The notes: generated from the sequence alone by a model not told the origin. A stretch of 64,000 nt of DNA from Longimicrobiales bacterium (GCA_965218295.1 CBDCKN010000009.1:96001-160000), one strand, 5' to 3'. Shown: positions 1-9,822, counted from the first letter of the stretch. Made by a program: numbers and translations.

Positions 1-76
1 GCCCGCCGCTGGAAACGAGCCCGGCGCTGGAAACGAGCCCGCTCCTGGAAACGAGCCCGCTCCTGGAAACGATCCG
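1..76 (+). repeat. 18-bp in-frame tandem repeat (CTGGAAACGAGCCCGCTC-like, about 4 units) encoding GNEPAP
   Basis: Units start at 9, 27, 45 and 63; lies within the hydrolase reading frame. Confidence 0.85.
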
Positions 77-439
77 AGCCCGCGAGCCGGCATGATCTGC
101 GCCCCCAGAGCCTCCGGGGACGTTCGTCTCGTCTCCGAGGCCACCTTGCGACTCTTCACCGAGCGCCATGACGCCTCGGCCAGTCGCGCGCTGGGCTGGG
201 ACACCCCCAGCGGGGGATCCTCGGCCGGGAGCTACTTCACCTCCAGCGCCTTCGGGCACACCGGGTTCACGGGGACATCCATCTGGATCGACTCCGAGCT
301 CGACCTGTTCGTCGTGCTGCTGACCAACCGGGTGAACCCGACGCGGGACAACTCGAAGCACGTTCCGCTCCGATGGGCAGTGCACGACGCCGCGGCCGTG
401 GCGATCACAGACCGGGACGTGAGACGACGTGAGCCGTAG
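1..439 (+). CDS. Serine hydrolase (beta-lactamase class C family), C-terminal part; 5' end outside window
   Basis: Frame +2 open from base 2; family motifs LGWD and FGHTGFTGTSIWID...VVLLTNRV. Confidence 0.85.
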   Translation, partial: PAAGNEPGAGNEPAPGNEPAPGNDPSPRAGMICAPRASGDVRLVSEATLRLFTERHDASASRALGWDTPSGGSSAGSYFTSSAFGHTGFTGTSIWIDSELDLFVVLLTNRVNPTRDNSKHVPLRWAVHDAAAVAITDRDVRRREP

Positions 440-469
440 GTCGACTGGACTCCTTGGGAGCGCCGGTCG

Positions 470-2005
470 GTGAGCGCCTTCACGTCTCTCGATCTCTCCG
501 TACTCCTGGTCTACCTCGTCGGGATCACCGCCTGGGGCGCGTGGCTGGGGCGGGGGCAGACCGGCGGCCGCGATTACTTCCTGGGGAATAGGGAGCTACC
601 GTGGGTGGCCGTCATGCTTTCCGTCGTCGCCACGGAGACCAGCACCCTCACCTTCCTCAGCATTCCCGGCGTGTCCTACCTGGGAACCCTGGGCTTCCTG
701 CAGCTCACCTTCGGATATCTCGCGGGGAAGGTGGTGGTGTCGGCGCTCCTGCTGCCGTCCTACTACCGGGGGGAGCTGAGCACGGCGTACGCGCTCCTCG
801 AGGGTCGTTTCGGCCAGCGGGCCCGCCGCTTCGCCTCGGCAGTCTTCATGGTCACCCGCCTCCTGGCCGACTCGGTGAGGCTCTTCGCCACGGCCATCCC
901 CCTGGCCCTGGTCACCGGCTGGGATTATCCCGTGTCCATTGTCGTCATCGGTGTGATGACGGTGGTCTACACGTACTTCGGGGGGATCAAGGCGGTGATC
1001 TGGGTGGACGCCGTCCAGATGGGCCTCTATCTGCTGGGAGCGCTGGTGGCCATGGTGGTCCTCCAGGAGCTCGTCCCGGGCGGATGGGCCGGCATCTTCG
1101 CCAGCGCGGGTGAAGCCGGGAAGATGGCCGTCTTCGACCTGTCCCTCGACTTCGCCATCCCGTACACGCTCTGGGCCGGCGTCCTGGGCGGAGGCTTCCT
1201 CACCATGGCCTCCCACGGCACCGATCAGCTCATCGTCCAGCGCCTTCTCACCTGCCGGGACCTGGACTCCAGCCAGAAGGCGCTCGTGGGGAGTGGCGTG
1301 GTCGTCATGATCCAGTTCGCCGTCTTCCTTCTGGTGGGACTCGGCCTGTGGGCGTATTACGGCGGTCAGGAGTTCAGCCGGGGAGACGAGATCTTCGCCA
1401 GCTTCGTGGTGAACGTGCTCCCCGCCGGGATAACGGGACTACTCATCGCCGGAGTGTTCGCCGCGGCCATGTCGTCGCTGTCCTCATCCATCAACTCGTT
1501 GGCGTCGGCCACGGCATACGACTTCTGGGCGCCCCTGGTCGGCGCCGAGGATGACGAGGCCCGGATCCTCCGGGCAGGGAAGCTCTTCACGCTCGCTTGG
1601 GCCGCACTGCTCATCGGTGGAGCCGTGCTCTTCATCCCCCTCAGCGAGGGAACCACTGCGGTGGAGGTGGCGCTGGCCGTCGCGTCCATGGTTTACGGCG
1701 GCCTCCTCGGAGCGTTCGTTCTGGCGGTTCGGTCGAGCCGCGCCGACCAGCGGAGCGTCATCCTGGGGATGATCGCCGGGATCGCCGTGGTCACGTCCAT
1801 CTGGCTCTTCGCTCGCACCGTCGTGGCATGGCCCTGGTTCGTCCCCATCGGCACGGCGGTGACGGTAGTGGTCGGCTGGACGCTGGGCGGCGGGCGTCCC
1901 GCCGATGCCCGTTCCGCTGATGCCCGTTCCGCTGATGCCCGTTTCGCCGATGCGCGTCCCGCCGATTCACCCAGCGCCGATTCGCCTACCCCGGAGGCCG
2001 TATGA
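470..2005 (+). CDS. Sodium:solute symporter (SSS family)
   Basis: DYFLGNRELPW, ATETSTLTF, GGIKAVIWVD, GTDQLIVQR and AAMSSLSSSINSL motifs; many TM helices. Confidence 0.92.
   Translation: MSAFTSLDLSVLLVYLVGITAWGAWLGRGQTGGRDYFLGNRELPWVAVMLSVVATETSTLTFLSIPGVSYLGTLGFLQLTFGYLAGKVVVSALLLPSYYRGELSTAYALLEGRFGQRARRFASAVFMVTRLLADSVRLFATAIPLALVTGWDYPVSIVVIGVMTVVYTYFGGIKAVIWVDAVQMGLYLLGALVAMVVLQELVPGGWAGIFASAGEAGKMAVFDLSLDFAIPYTLWAGVLGGGFLTMASHGTDQLIVQRLLTCRDLDSSQKALVGSGVVVMIQFAVFLLVGLGLWAYYGGQEFSRGDEIFASFVVNVLPAGITGLLIAGVFAAAMSSLSSSINSLASATAYDFWAPLVGAEDDEARILRAGKLFTLAWAALLIGGAVLFIPLSEGTTAVEVALAVASMVYGGLLGAFVLAVRSSRADQRSVILGMIAGIAVVTSIWLFARTVVAWPWFVPIGTAVTVVVGWTLGGGRPADARSADARSADARFADARPADSPSADSPTPEAV
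1901..1990 (+). repeat. Six degenerate 15-bp tandem units (ADARS/ADSPS) in the SSS C-terminal tail
   Basis: Units at 1901, 1916, 1931, 1946, 1961 and 1976. Confidence 0.85.
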
Positions 2006-2919
2006 ACCTCTTCGTCGGTGTGGACGGAGGAGGCACCCGCACCCGGGCAGTGGTAATGGACGCAGAGGGCCAGGAGCTGGCTCGGGCCGAGGGACCGCCC
2101 ACCCTGATCGATCAGGCGAACCCGCGAGCCACCATAGGTGTGATCACCCACGTATGTCGCCAGGCCGTGGGTGATGCGGGTGCCACACTTCCGGCAAGGG
2201 TACTTTGGGCCGGCATCGCCGGGGCGGGGAACGATCCGGCCCGGAGCGTGGTCCAGGAGGCGCTTCAGGAGGCGGGGATCGCCGAGACCGTCCACGTCGG
2301 CAGAGACGCCAGGGCCGCGTTCCACGACGCGTTCGGATTGGAGCCGGGGATCCTCCTCATCTCGGGGACGGGCTCCATCGCGCTGGGCCGAGGGGTCGAT
2401 GGGTCCATGGTCCGTATCGGGGGCTGGGGAGTTCTACTCGGTGACGAGGGAAGCGGCTACGCCATGGGCATGGCGGCTCTTCGGGCGGTGGTGCGGGGAG
2501 AGGACGGCCGCAGCATGAAGACGCGACTCCGCGATCCGATCCTCGCGAAGCTCGGTGCGGACCGTCCTGAAGACCTGATCGCCTGGATCGCCATGGCCAG
2601 CAAGGCGGACGTCGCCGCGCTGGTCCCCATCGTGTGCGACCAGGCCGAGGCCGGCGACAAGGTGGCGGGGATCATCGTAGAGAACGCCGTGGAGGATCTG
2701 GTGGCCCATGTCCTCACCGTGGTGAAGCGCCTGGGTCCCTGGCCCGGGCGTCCTGCGGTGGCGCTAGCCGGTGGCCTCATCGACGAGGACGGGCCGCTAC
2801 GGCAGCGCGTGTCGGTGGCCATAGGGGGTCTGCTCTGCCAGGCACGTGACCGCGTAGTGGATGCCGCCCGGGGGGCGGCCCACCTGGCCATCGAGTCCGT
2901 GGAGGGTGAGTCGGGCTAG
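2002..2919 (+). CDS. BadF/BadG/BcrA/BcrD-type sugar kinase (GlcNAc/MurNAc kinase-like)
   Basis: GVDGGGTRT, ISGTGS and GGWGVLLGDEGSG motifs; ATGA overlap with the SSS gene. Confidence 0.88.
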   Translation: MNLFVGVDGGGTRTRAVVMDAEGQELARAEGPPTLIDQANPRATIGVITHVCRQAVGDAGATLPARVLWAGIAGAGNDPARSVVQEALQEAGIAETVHVGRDARAAFHDAFGLEPGILLISGTGSIALGRGVDGSMVRIGGWGVLLGDEGSGYAMGMAALRAVVRGEDGRSMKTRLRDPILAKLGADRPEDLIAWIAMASKADVAALVPIVCDQAEAGDKVAGIIVENAVEDLVAHVLTVVKRLGPWPGRPAVALAGGLIDEDGPLRQRVSVAIGGLLCQARDRVVDAARGAAHLAIESVEGESG

Positions 2920-2935
2920 TGGAGCGGCGCCCCCT

Positions 2936-3781
2936 TCAGCGGAGCGCGTCCTCCAGGGCTGTGGCCGCGTCCGTAGACGCATCGCGGTACTTCACGATGA
3001 CGGATGCGTACAGATGGACTCCCTGCTCCCGTGCGAAGTCGCTGTTCACCGCTCGTGAGCCGGGGACAACCACGGCGCCGGGAGGGATGGTCAGGGGGCG
3101 GTCGGGGGCGCCCCGGTACGTCTCCTCCCGAACCAGGTCGTATACGGTGGTGGAAGAAGTGAGCTGAACGCCGGGCGCCAGCACCGCTCTCTCTCCCACC
3201 AGGGTCCCCTCGAAGACGCCCACGTTGCCGCCGATCATGGCGTCGTCCTCTACGATCACCGGCCGCAACCCCACGGGCTCGAGCACGCCGCCCAGCTGGG
3301 CTCCGGCGCTCAGGTGCACCCGCTCACCGACCTGGGCACACGAGCCCACCAGTGCATGGGAGTCGATCATCGTGTCCCGGCCCACGTACGCTCCGACGTT
3401 CACGAAGGCCGGCGGCATGATGATAACGTTCTCGCCGAGGAACGCGCCTGAGCGCACCGAGCTGCCCCCCGGAACGATCCGGATGTTCTCCTCGACGCCG
3501 CGCGTATCCCGGAGCGGGAGCGTGTCCTTGTCGTAGTAGGACGCCGGGCTGGCGGGGAACTCCCGGGTTCGCCCGACGCGGAACACCAGGAGAATCCCGG
3601 TCTTCACCCACTCCACGGCCCGCCACTCGCCCTCCTCCTTCATGGCCGAGCGCACCTCGCCTCGGGTGAGGGCGTCCAGGAGTCGGGTGACGGCGATCCG
3701 GGCCTCTTCGGTGCTCTCGCCGAGATCCGACTCGGCCAAACAGACGATGGTGGCTCTCAGCGCCTCTGTATCCACCGTCAA
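2936..3781 (-). CDS. dapD: 2,3,4,5-tetrahydropyridine-2,6-dicarboxylate N-succinyltransferase
   Basis: EWVKTGILL, YYDK, RIVPGG, FVNVGAYV, VGSCAQVG and GGVLEP; hexapeptide repeats; dap operon context. Confidence 0.93.
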   Translation of the reverse strand: MTVDTEALRATIVCLAESDLGESTEEARIAVTRLLDALTRGEVRSAMKEEGEWRAVEWVKTGILLVFRVGRTREFPASPASYYDKDTLPLRDTRGVEENIRIVPGGSSVRSGAFLGENVIIMPPAFVNVGAYVGRDTMIDSHALVGSCAQVGERVHLSAGAQLGGVLEPVGLRPVIVEDDAMIGGNVGVFEGTLVGERAVLAPGVQLTSSTTVYDLVREETYRGAPDRPLTIPPGAVVVPGSRAVNSDFAREQGVHLYASVIVKYRDASTDAATALEDALR

Positions 3782-4683
3782 CCGACCGTCTCGGCTTCCA
3801 GCAGCCCGGCCTCGGCCAGGGCGTGACGGAGGTGGGGCTCGTTCGCGGCATCCAGGGGCACCAGCGGCAGGCGGTATCTGGCCTCCAGACGCCCCATCAT
3901 CGCCAGGGCCGCCTTCACCGGTACCGGATTCGTCTCGACGAAGTTGGCCTGCATGAGGGGCAGCAGCCGGTAGTGGAGCGTGCGCGCCTCATCGTAGTGC
4001 CCACGGAGTGCGGCCCCCACCATGCGGGACATGAGGCTAGGCGCCTCGTTGGCCACCACCGAGATCACTCCGTCGGCCCCGGCGGCGATGAGGGACAGGG
4101 TAAGACTGTCGTCTCCCGAGAGCACCAGAAACCCCTCGGGCCGCTCTCTCACGATGGTCATGATCTGATTCACGTCCCCCGAGGCCTCTTTGACGCCCAC
4201 GATGTTGTCCACTTTGGCGAGCGCCAACAGGGTCGCGGGAAGGACGTTCGACGAGGTGCGCTCAGGCACGTTGTACACGACGACGGGGCAGTCGACGGCT
4301 CCGGCCACTGCACGATAGTGCTCCACGAGTCCCCGCTGGCTGGGCTTGTTGTAGGCGGGGCTCACGCAGATGATGCCGTCGGCACCGGCATCCCGTGCCG
4401 CCCCCGCCCGACGCACCACGTCGGCCGTGTCGCTGCCGCCCGCCCCCGCCAGGACCACCACCCGCCCCTGTGCGGCGCTCACGGTCTCGCGCACGACGAG
4501 GGCCTGCTCGTCGGCCGACAGGGTGGCGCTCTCGCCGGTGGTGCCGCACGGCACCATCACCCCGACACCGCCGTCGATCTGGAAGTTCACGTGGCGACGG
4601 AGGGCGTCCGAGTCTACGGATCCGTCCTCGCGGAAGGGTGTGACCAGGGCCACACCCACCCCTCTTAAACGGTCGGCGTCCAT
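3778..4683 (-). CDS. dapA: 4-hydroxy-tetrahydrodipicolinate synthase
   Basis: ALVTPF, CGTTGES, PAYNKP, YNVPERT, GVKEASG and ETNPVPVK; start placed at ATG 4683 behind AGGAG. Confidence 0.93.
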   Translation of the reverse strand: MDADRLRGVGVALVTPFREDGSVDSDALRRHVNFQIDGGVGVMVPCGTTGESATLSADEQALVVRETVSAAQGRVVVLAGAGGSDTADVVRRAGAARDAGADGIICVSPAYNKPSQRGLVEHYRAVAGAVDCPVVVYNVPERTSSNVLPATLLALAKVDNIVGVKEASGDVNQIMTIVRERPEGFLVLSGDDSLTLSLIAAGADGVISVVANEAPSLMSRMVGAALRGHYDEARTLHYRLLPLMQANFVETNPVPVKAALAMMGRLEARYRLPLVPLDAANEPHLRHALAEAGLLEAETVG

Positions 4684-4738
4684 GTTCCTCTCCTTCTCTT
4701 GTCCAACACTTGCCCCTCGATGCTCGGCAGGGCGTCCC

Positions 4739-5479
4739 CTAGCCGAAGCGCTCGGCGAGCATGTCGTCGAGGGTGAATACACCGGGACGGCCCCGAATCC
4801 ACTCGGCTGCCTCCACCGCGCCCCGGGCGAAGCCGGCCCGGCCTCGGGCCTCGTGGCGCAGCTCGATACGGTCGTCGGGTCCCTCGAGCCCGACCACGTG
4901 GGTCCCGGGCGTCTCGCCGACCCGCTGGCTGGCCACGTACAGGACCTGTGCGTCGGGGGCGCCGCCCGGAGGCGCTTCGGACCAGCGTCCTTTGCGGGCG
5001 AGCTCCTCTATCAACAGGTCCGCCAGATGGATGGCCGTCCCGCTGGGGTGATCGATCTTGTGCCGGTGGTGCGCCTCCCACACGTGCACGTCGTACTCCT
5101 CGAGGGCATTCACCAGTGTTGCCGCGCTCCGGGCGAGCCGCAGGAAGAGTTGCACACCGAGGGAGAAGTTGGGCGCGTAGATCAGACCGATGCCGCCCGC
5201 CTCGACCGCGGCCAGCGCTTTGTCCATCCCCCCCGAGTGCCAGCCCGTGGTCCCGACGACGGCGTCCACGCCGGCTTCGGCGATGGCGCCGATGTTGCCG
5301 GTCACGGCACCGGGCACGCTGAATTCGATGGCCACCTCGGCATCGTCCAGGGACTCGGGCGTGACCTCACGCGAGTCCAGGACGGGATCGACGCGGGCCA
5401 CGATCTCGTGACCCCTCTCCAGGGCCACCTCCTCCACGGCGTGGCCCATCCGGCCGTACCCCACTAGGGCGATCTTCAT
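4739..5479 (-). CDS. dapB: 4-hydroxy-tetrahydrodipicolinate reductase
   Basis: GYGRMG, VVGTTG, APNFSLG, EAHHRHKIDHPSGTA and FARGA. Confidence 0.95.
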   Translation of the reverse strand: MKIALVGYGRMGHAVEEVALERGHEIVARVDPVLDSREVTPESLDDAEVAIEFSVPGAVTGNIGAIAEAGVDAVVGTTGWHSGGMDKALAAVEAGGIGLIYAPNFSLGVQLFLRLARSAATLVNALEEYDVHVWEAHHRHKIDHPSGTAIHLADLLIEELARKGRWSEAPPGGAPDAQVLYVASQRVGETPGTHVVGLEGPDDRIELRHEARGRAGFARGAVEAAEWIRGRPGVFTLDDMLAERFG

Positions 5480-5504
5480 GGTGCTAGTGTCCCGTTACCA
5501 AAGT

Positions 5505-6959
5505 CTAGGTCCTTCTGAGCTCGATGAGCGACCGGTGGAGCTTGCGGACCAACTCGGGCGCCTCGACCTCGTCCACCACGAAGCTGATGCTGACGTCGGA
5601 AGCCTGGGAGATCAGGTACACCGGTGTCTTCTCCACGGCCCAGAACACCAGGGCGTCGAGTCCCGGCTCCCGCAGGAGTCCGCGGCCGACGACCGTGACG
5701 GTGGCGACGTTCTCTATCACGTCCACTTCGGAGAACACCGAGAGGGCCCGCCGCACCTCCGTCAGCTCCTCGTCCCGGTCTACGGTGAAGGCCGTGCTGC
5801 TGTGGGACGTGGCCACCAGGTCCACGGGCACTCGATGGCGTGCCAGCACCGCGAATACTCGGGCGAGGAAGCCGTAGGCCATGGCCGTGGGAAACGCCCG
5901 TACCTCGATGAGGGCGACGTCGGTCTTGTTTGCCACCGCGGCGAAGGCCGCCGTGTCCCGCCGGTCGAAGTGGATGAGCGTTCCTTCCCGCTCGGGCGCG
6001 AACGCGTTTTTGATCCGCAGGAGCACATCCCGGGCGATGGCGTGCTTGACGGCCGACGGGTGGACGACGCGCGCCCCGAAGTAGGCGAGCTCCACCGCCT
6101 CGCCGAAGCCCACCTCGGGCAGGACCTCGGCGGCCCGAACCAGATTGGGGTCTCCCGAGTACATGCCGTCCACGTCGGTCCAGATCACCACTTCCGATGC
6201 GTCCAGGGCGGCTCCGAGAAGTGCCGCGGTGAAGTCGGATCCCCCCCGGCCCAGCGTGGTGGTGCTCCCGCCCGCCTCGCTCCCGATGAAGCCCTGGACC
6301 ACGGGCACCGTGCCCGCGTCGAGAAGGGGCCGGATGCGCTCGGGAGCCAGCCGTCCAATGGCGTCGACGTCCGGGATGGCGGCGCCGAATCCGGCGTCCG
6401 TCCAGACGATACTCCGGGCGTCCTTGCCGGTGGCCGACACGCCCTCGGCCGTCAGCGCCGTCACGGTCAGCTCGACCGTAAGGTCCTCGCCGGCCGCCAT
6501 CAGCTGGTCCCCCAGGTGTAGCGGATCCGTGCCAGGCGCAGGCGGCAGGAGCGCAGACACGCCGTCCAGGATCTGGTCGATTCGGGCAGCCACGGCGGCG
6601 CGCTCCGGGCCTTCGTCGATCAGCTCCAGCAGCGCGTCGTGGTGCCGCCGGCGCAGACCCTCGACGACGCGTGAGGGATCGGACGCCCGCGAGGCGTCGT
6701 CCGGCCCCCCCACCAGCCCGCCCAGCTCGTCGCTGACGCCGGCCATGGCCGAGACCACGACCACGGCGGGATCGTTCTGATCCCGAATGATATGGGCGAG
6801 GGCTCTCAGCCGTTCGGCCCCGTCCACCGAAGTCCCTCCGAACTTGTGGATGCGGGGGACCGCGGTCGTCGGGCCGCCCGCGAGCTCGTGGGCCGAACCT
6901 ACCCGCTCCGAGGTCTCGCCGCGGAGGTCGGTGTCCGTGAGGGTCGGTCGGTCCGTCAT
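5505..6959 (-). CDS. lysC: Aspartate kinase
   Basis: KFGGTSV, VVVSAM, TTLGRGGSDFTA, IWTDVDG and ELAYFGARVVHP; C-terminal ACT domains; start uncertain. Confidence 0.92.
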   Translation of the reverse strand: MTDRPTLTDTDLRGETSERVGSAHELAGGPTTAVPRIHKFGGTSVDGAERLRALAHIIRDQNDPAVVVVSAMAGVSDELGGLVGGPDDASRASDPSRVVEGLRRRHHDALLELIDEGPERAAVAARIDQILDGVSALLPPAPGTDPLHLGDQLMAAGEDLTVELTVTALTAEGVSATGKDARSIVWTDAGFGAAIPDVDAIGRLAPERIRPLLDAGTVPVVQGFIGSEAGGSTTTLGRGGSDFTAALLGAALDASEVVIWTDVDGMYSGDPNLVRAAEVLPEVGFGEAVELAYFGARVVHPSAVKHAIARDVLLRIKNAFAPEREGTLIHFDRRDTAAFAAVANKTDVALIEVRAFPTAMAYGFLARVFAVLARHRVPVDLVATSHSSTAFTVDRDEELTEVRRALSVFSEVDVIENVATVTVVGRGLLREPGLDALVFWAVEKTPVYLISQASDVSISFVVDEVEAPELVRKLHRSLIELRRT

Positions 6960-7996
6960 CGTACTCCCTCGGCGATCCCCTCCGCCCGGCACAGCTCGGC
7001 GTTCAGGAGCGCCGCGCCGGCCGCGCCGCGTACCAGGTTGTTGGCCAAGACGAAGAACTTAACATCCAGGACCTCGCACGGCCGGACGCGACCCACGGTG
7101 ACGGTCATCCCGTGACCCAGATCACGGTCGAGTCGCGGCTGTGGTCGATCCTCCTCGGCCAGGACCCGGATGGCATGCTCCGGCGAGGTGGGCAGCCCCC
7201 TGGTAGCCTCCGGAGTCTGAAAGTTCTGAATGACCTCCGTGACCCGTTCGGGCGAGGGTCCGCCGGCGAGAGCGACCGAGACCGAGAGCAGATGACCGTC
7301 GGACACCGACACCCGGGTGCATGACGCGCTCACGGCGAAGTCGGCCTCGGCCAGCACCCCTCCGCTTACGCTCCCCAGGATCTTCTGGGGCTCCTGCGCC
7401 AGCTTCTCCTCTTCTCCCTCGATGAGGGGCAGGACGTTGTCCAGAAGGCTTCCGGCCGGGGGTCCCGGCGTGCCAGCCCCGGATATGGCCTGGAGGGACG
7501 TGGTGACCACACGCTCGATGCCGAAGGCGTCGTTCAGGGGCGCCAGCGCCAGCGCCAGGCCGACCACGGCGCAGTTGGGGTTGGTGACCAAGGCGCCGTC
7601 CCACGGCTGGCTCTCCACCATCTCGAGATGATCGGCGTTGACCTCGGGGATCAGGAGTGGCACGTCGTGGCGCATCCGGTGGGCCGATGCGTTGCTCACG
7701 ACCAGATGCCCGGCTTCGACCAGGCGGATCTCCATGTCGCGGGCTACCCCCGACGGAAGCGCAGAAAGGAGGATGGGGGACTCCCACTCCGAGTCCGGGG
7801 CGCCCAGGGGAAGGGCGGCCGCCTTGGCGGGAAGGCCGCCTCCGGGCACCCGCTCGCCGAGGGTCTGCCCGGCCGACGAGGCCGATGCGCTCACCTCGGC
7901 CAGACGGAACCAGGGGTGGCCGTCCAGGAGCTGGACGAGCTTCTGACCCACCGTTCCCGTCGCGCCAAGGACGCCTACCGCGATGCGATCATCCAC
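6956..7996 (-). CDS. asd: Aspartate-semialdehyde dehydrogenase
   Basis: GATGTVGQ, VSNASAHR, PEVN, TNPNC, QAISGAG and NLVRGAAGAALLNAE; GTG start at 7996 preceded by GGAG. Confidence 0.93.
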   Translation of the reverse strand: MDDRIAVGVLGATGTVGQKLVQLLDGHPWFRLAEVSASASSAGQTLGERVPGGGLPAKAAALPLGAPDSEWESPILLSALPSGVARDMEIRLVEAGHLVVSNASAHRMRHDVPLLIPEVNADHLEMVESQPWDGALVTNPNCAVVGLALALAPLNDAFGIERVVTTSLQAISGAGTPGPPAGSLLDNVLPLIEGEEEKLAQEPQKILGSVSGGVLAEADFAVSASCTRVSVSDGHLLSVSVALAGGPSPERVTEVIQNFQTPEATRGLPTSPEHAIRVLAEEDRPQPRLDRDLGHGMTVTVGRVRPCEVLDVKFFVLANNLVRGAAGAALLNAELCRAEGIAEGVR

Positions 7997-8238
7997 CTTC
8001 TGGTCTCCATGTTGCCCGTTCGACGGGGCCGCCACCCGGCCCCCGCGAGCGGCGGTGCTGCCCTCTCGGTCCGCCCCCATCAAGCCCCGGCGCAAGGAGC
8101 GGGCCGGTCTCGGAGCCTGGGGTTCCCAGGACTGCCCAAACGGCAGACCAGGGAACCGGCAACGGGTCATTACGGCACCCAAGCGTCGTTGTAAGTCGTT
8201 GGCACATGTACATTTGGCAGACTTCACTCTCGTGATCG

Positions 8239-8254
8239 TGGCACGGCTCATGCA
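8239..8254 (+). promoter_or_regulatory. Sigma-54 (-24/-12) promoter candidate for the Hsp20 gene
   Basis: TGGCACGGCTCATGCA = GG-N10-GC, about 100 bp upstream of the Hsp20 ATG. Confidence 0.65.
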
Positions 8255-8357
8255 ACCGTCGGTGCTTGGCGAGTCGGAGGTCCCACGTACTCGGTTCGAG
8301 AGGTTCAGGACCGCCGCCCGCCTCATGTCGCACCAATCCAATCAAGGAGTTACTCCG

Positions 8358-8816
8358 ATGGCAATCATGAGATACACCCCCCGGCGAATCTTCTCGCCCT
8401 GGCCCGAGCTCACGGGCTTCGCGAATCGCCTTCCGCGGCTCTTCGACGAGGCCTGGGACACGGCGGAGCCCACAGGCTCATGGCTCCCGGCGGTCAACGT
8501 CGAAGAGGGACCGGATGAGCTTCTCCTCACAGCCGAGCTCCCGGGCATGGCCGAGGAGGACGTCCACCTCGAGATCGAGAACAACATTCTAACGGTCCGC
8601 GGTGAGAAGCGGGAGGAGCGCGAGGAGGGGGACGACAAGAGCAGCTACCACGTTTGGGAGCGTCGCTATGGGAGCTTCCAGAGGGCCTTCACACTACCCA
8701 AGTCGGTCGCGGTCGATGGGGTCAAGGCCGACTTCGACAACGGGATCCTGACCGTGCGCCTGCCCAAGGCCGCGGAGGCCAAGAGCCGCACCATCGAGAT
8801 CAAGGGCAGCAAGTAA
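8358..8816 (+). CDS. Hsp20/alpha-crystallin small heat-shock protein
   Basis: PAVNV, AELPG, ERRYGSFQRAFTLP and NGILTVRLPK; AAGGAG RBS before ATG 8358. Confidence 0.93.
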   Translation: MAIMRYTPRRIFSPWPELTGFANRLPRLFDEAWDTAEPTGSWLPAVNVEEGPDELLLTAELPGMAEEDVHLEIENNILTVRGEKREEREEGDDKSSYHVWERRYGSFQRAFTLPKSVAVDGVKADFDNGILTVRLPKAAEAKSRTIEIKGSK

Positions 8817-8852
8817 GGCTCCCGTTCGACGCGGAAGTCTGAAGCGGACGTG

Positions 8853-8888
8853 GCGGGTCCGGAGACATCCGGGCCCGCTTTCGTTCTT
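8853..8888 (+). terminator. Intrinsic terminator after Hsp20
   Basis: GCGGGTCCGGA-GACA-TCCGGGCCCGC hairpin followed by TTTCGTTCTT. Confidence 0.7.
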
Positions 8889-8896
8889 AGGTCGAC

Positions 8897-9748
8897 CTAC
8901 TCGGGTCGACCCATTGGGGTGGGCCGATGGGGAGCGGCGCCAGCCCGCCCTGACTCCAGGAGCCCCGAGATCGCCTCGAGCATGACCGACGAGTTGGCGC
9001 CCATGACGCTTCCCGGGGACAGGGCGAGGGACCCACCCCCTACCCGGCTCGTGACCCCTCCCGCCTCCTCGATGATCACCCACCCCGCCGCGAAATCCCA
9101 CGGATTCAGGAAGAGCTCCCAGAAGGCTTCGAACCTCCCCTCAGCCAGATAGCAGAGGTCCAGTGCGGCGGAGCCACCCCGGCGCACGCCTCCGGTGGCT
9201 TCCAGCACACGGACGAGCTGGGCCGCGTACTCTTGGAGCAGGTGCTCGCTCTTGAAGGGGAAGCCGGTTCCGATGAGAGCATGGTCGCGCTCAGCGATGG
9301 ACGATACCGCTATGGATTGTCCATTCTTCCAGGCCCCGTACCCACGGGCGGCCCACCAACGCTCGTCGGTGGGCGCGCACGATACCGCTCCAACGGCGGG
9401 AGTCCCGTCGATGGCGAGCGCCACCGAGGCCGCGTGCATGGGATGGTCGTGGAGGAAGTTCGCGGTGCCGAGGGGGTCCACCACCCACACTAGGCCGTCG
9501 GGAAGCGCGACTTCCAGGCTTTCCCCGGTGTCCTCTTCGGCCAGGATCGCGTGCTCGGGATGCCGCTCCCGGATGACGGCGACACACGCTTCCTGCGCCT
9601 CCAGGTCGGTTGCGGACACGTAGTCCGCGCGGCCCTTCTGGGTCGCGTCGCCCACCGAGACGGAGGTGCCATGGGCTCGGTGGACCGCCGCGGCGGCGTC
9701 CGCGGCCAGACGGGCGGTCTCCAGGGCTGTCTCGAGAAGATCGGTCAT
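8897..9748 (-). CDS. Inositol monophosphatase family protein (SuhB-like) lacking the second Asp of DPLDGT
   Basis: D..A...I..HPEH.ILAEE, WVVDPLGTANF, RRGGSAALDLCYLAEGR and PWDFAAG..IIEEAGG. Confidence 0.88.
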   Translation of the reverse strand: MTDLLETALETARLAADAAAAVHRAHGTSVSVGDATQKGRADYVSATDLEAQEACVAVIRERHPEHAILAEEDTGESLEVALPDGLVWVVDPLGTANFLHDHPMHAASVALAIDGTPAVGAVSCAPTDERWWAARGYGAWKNGQSIAVSSIAERDHALIGTGFPFKSEHLLQEYAAQLVRVLEATGGVRRGGSAALDLCYLAEGRFEAFWELFLNPWDFAAGWVIIEEAGGVTSRVGGGSLALSPGSVMGANSSVMLEAISGLLESGRAGAAPHRPTPMGRPE

Positions 9749-9822
9749 CGGCTTCCGGTCGGTGTGGGGAGCGCACGGTGGCGTAAGATTCACATATTCT
9801 CGGACCGTACGTAAGTTACGCG

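Noticed and set aside
8000..8230. Lysine riboswitch upstream of the asd-lysC-dap operon
   Set aside because: GC-rich hairpins are present, but I could not find the conserved AGAGG.GC / GAAAGG / GCCGAA elements; needs an Rfam scan
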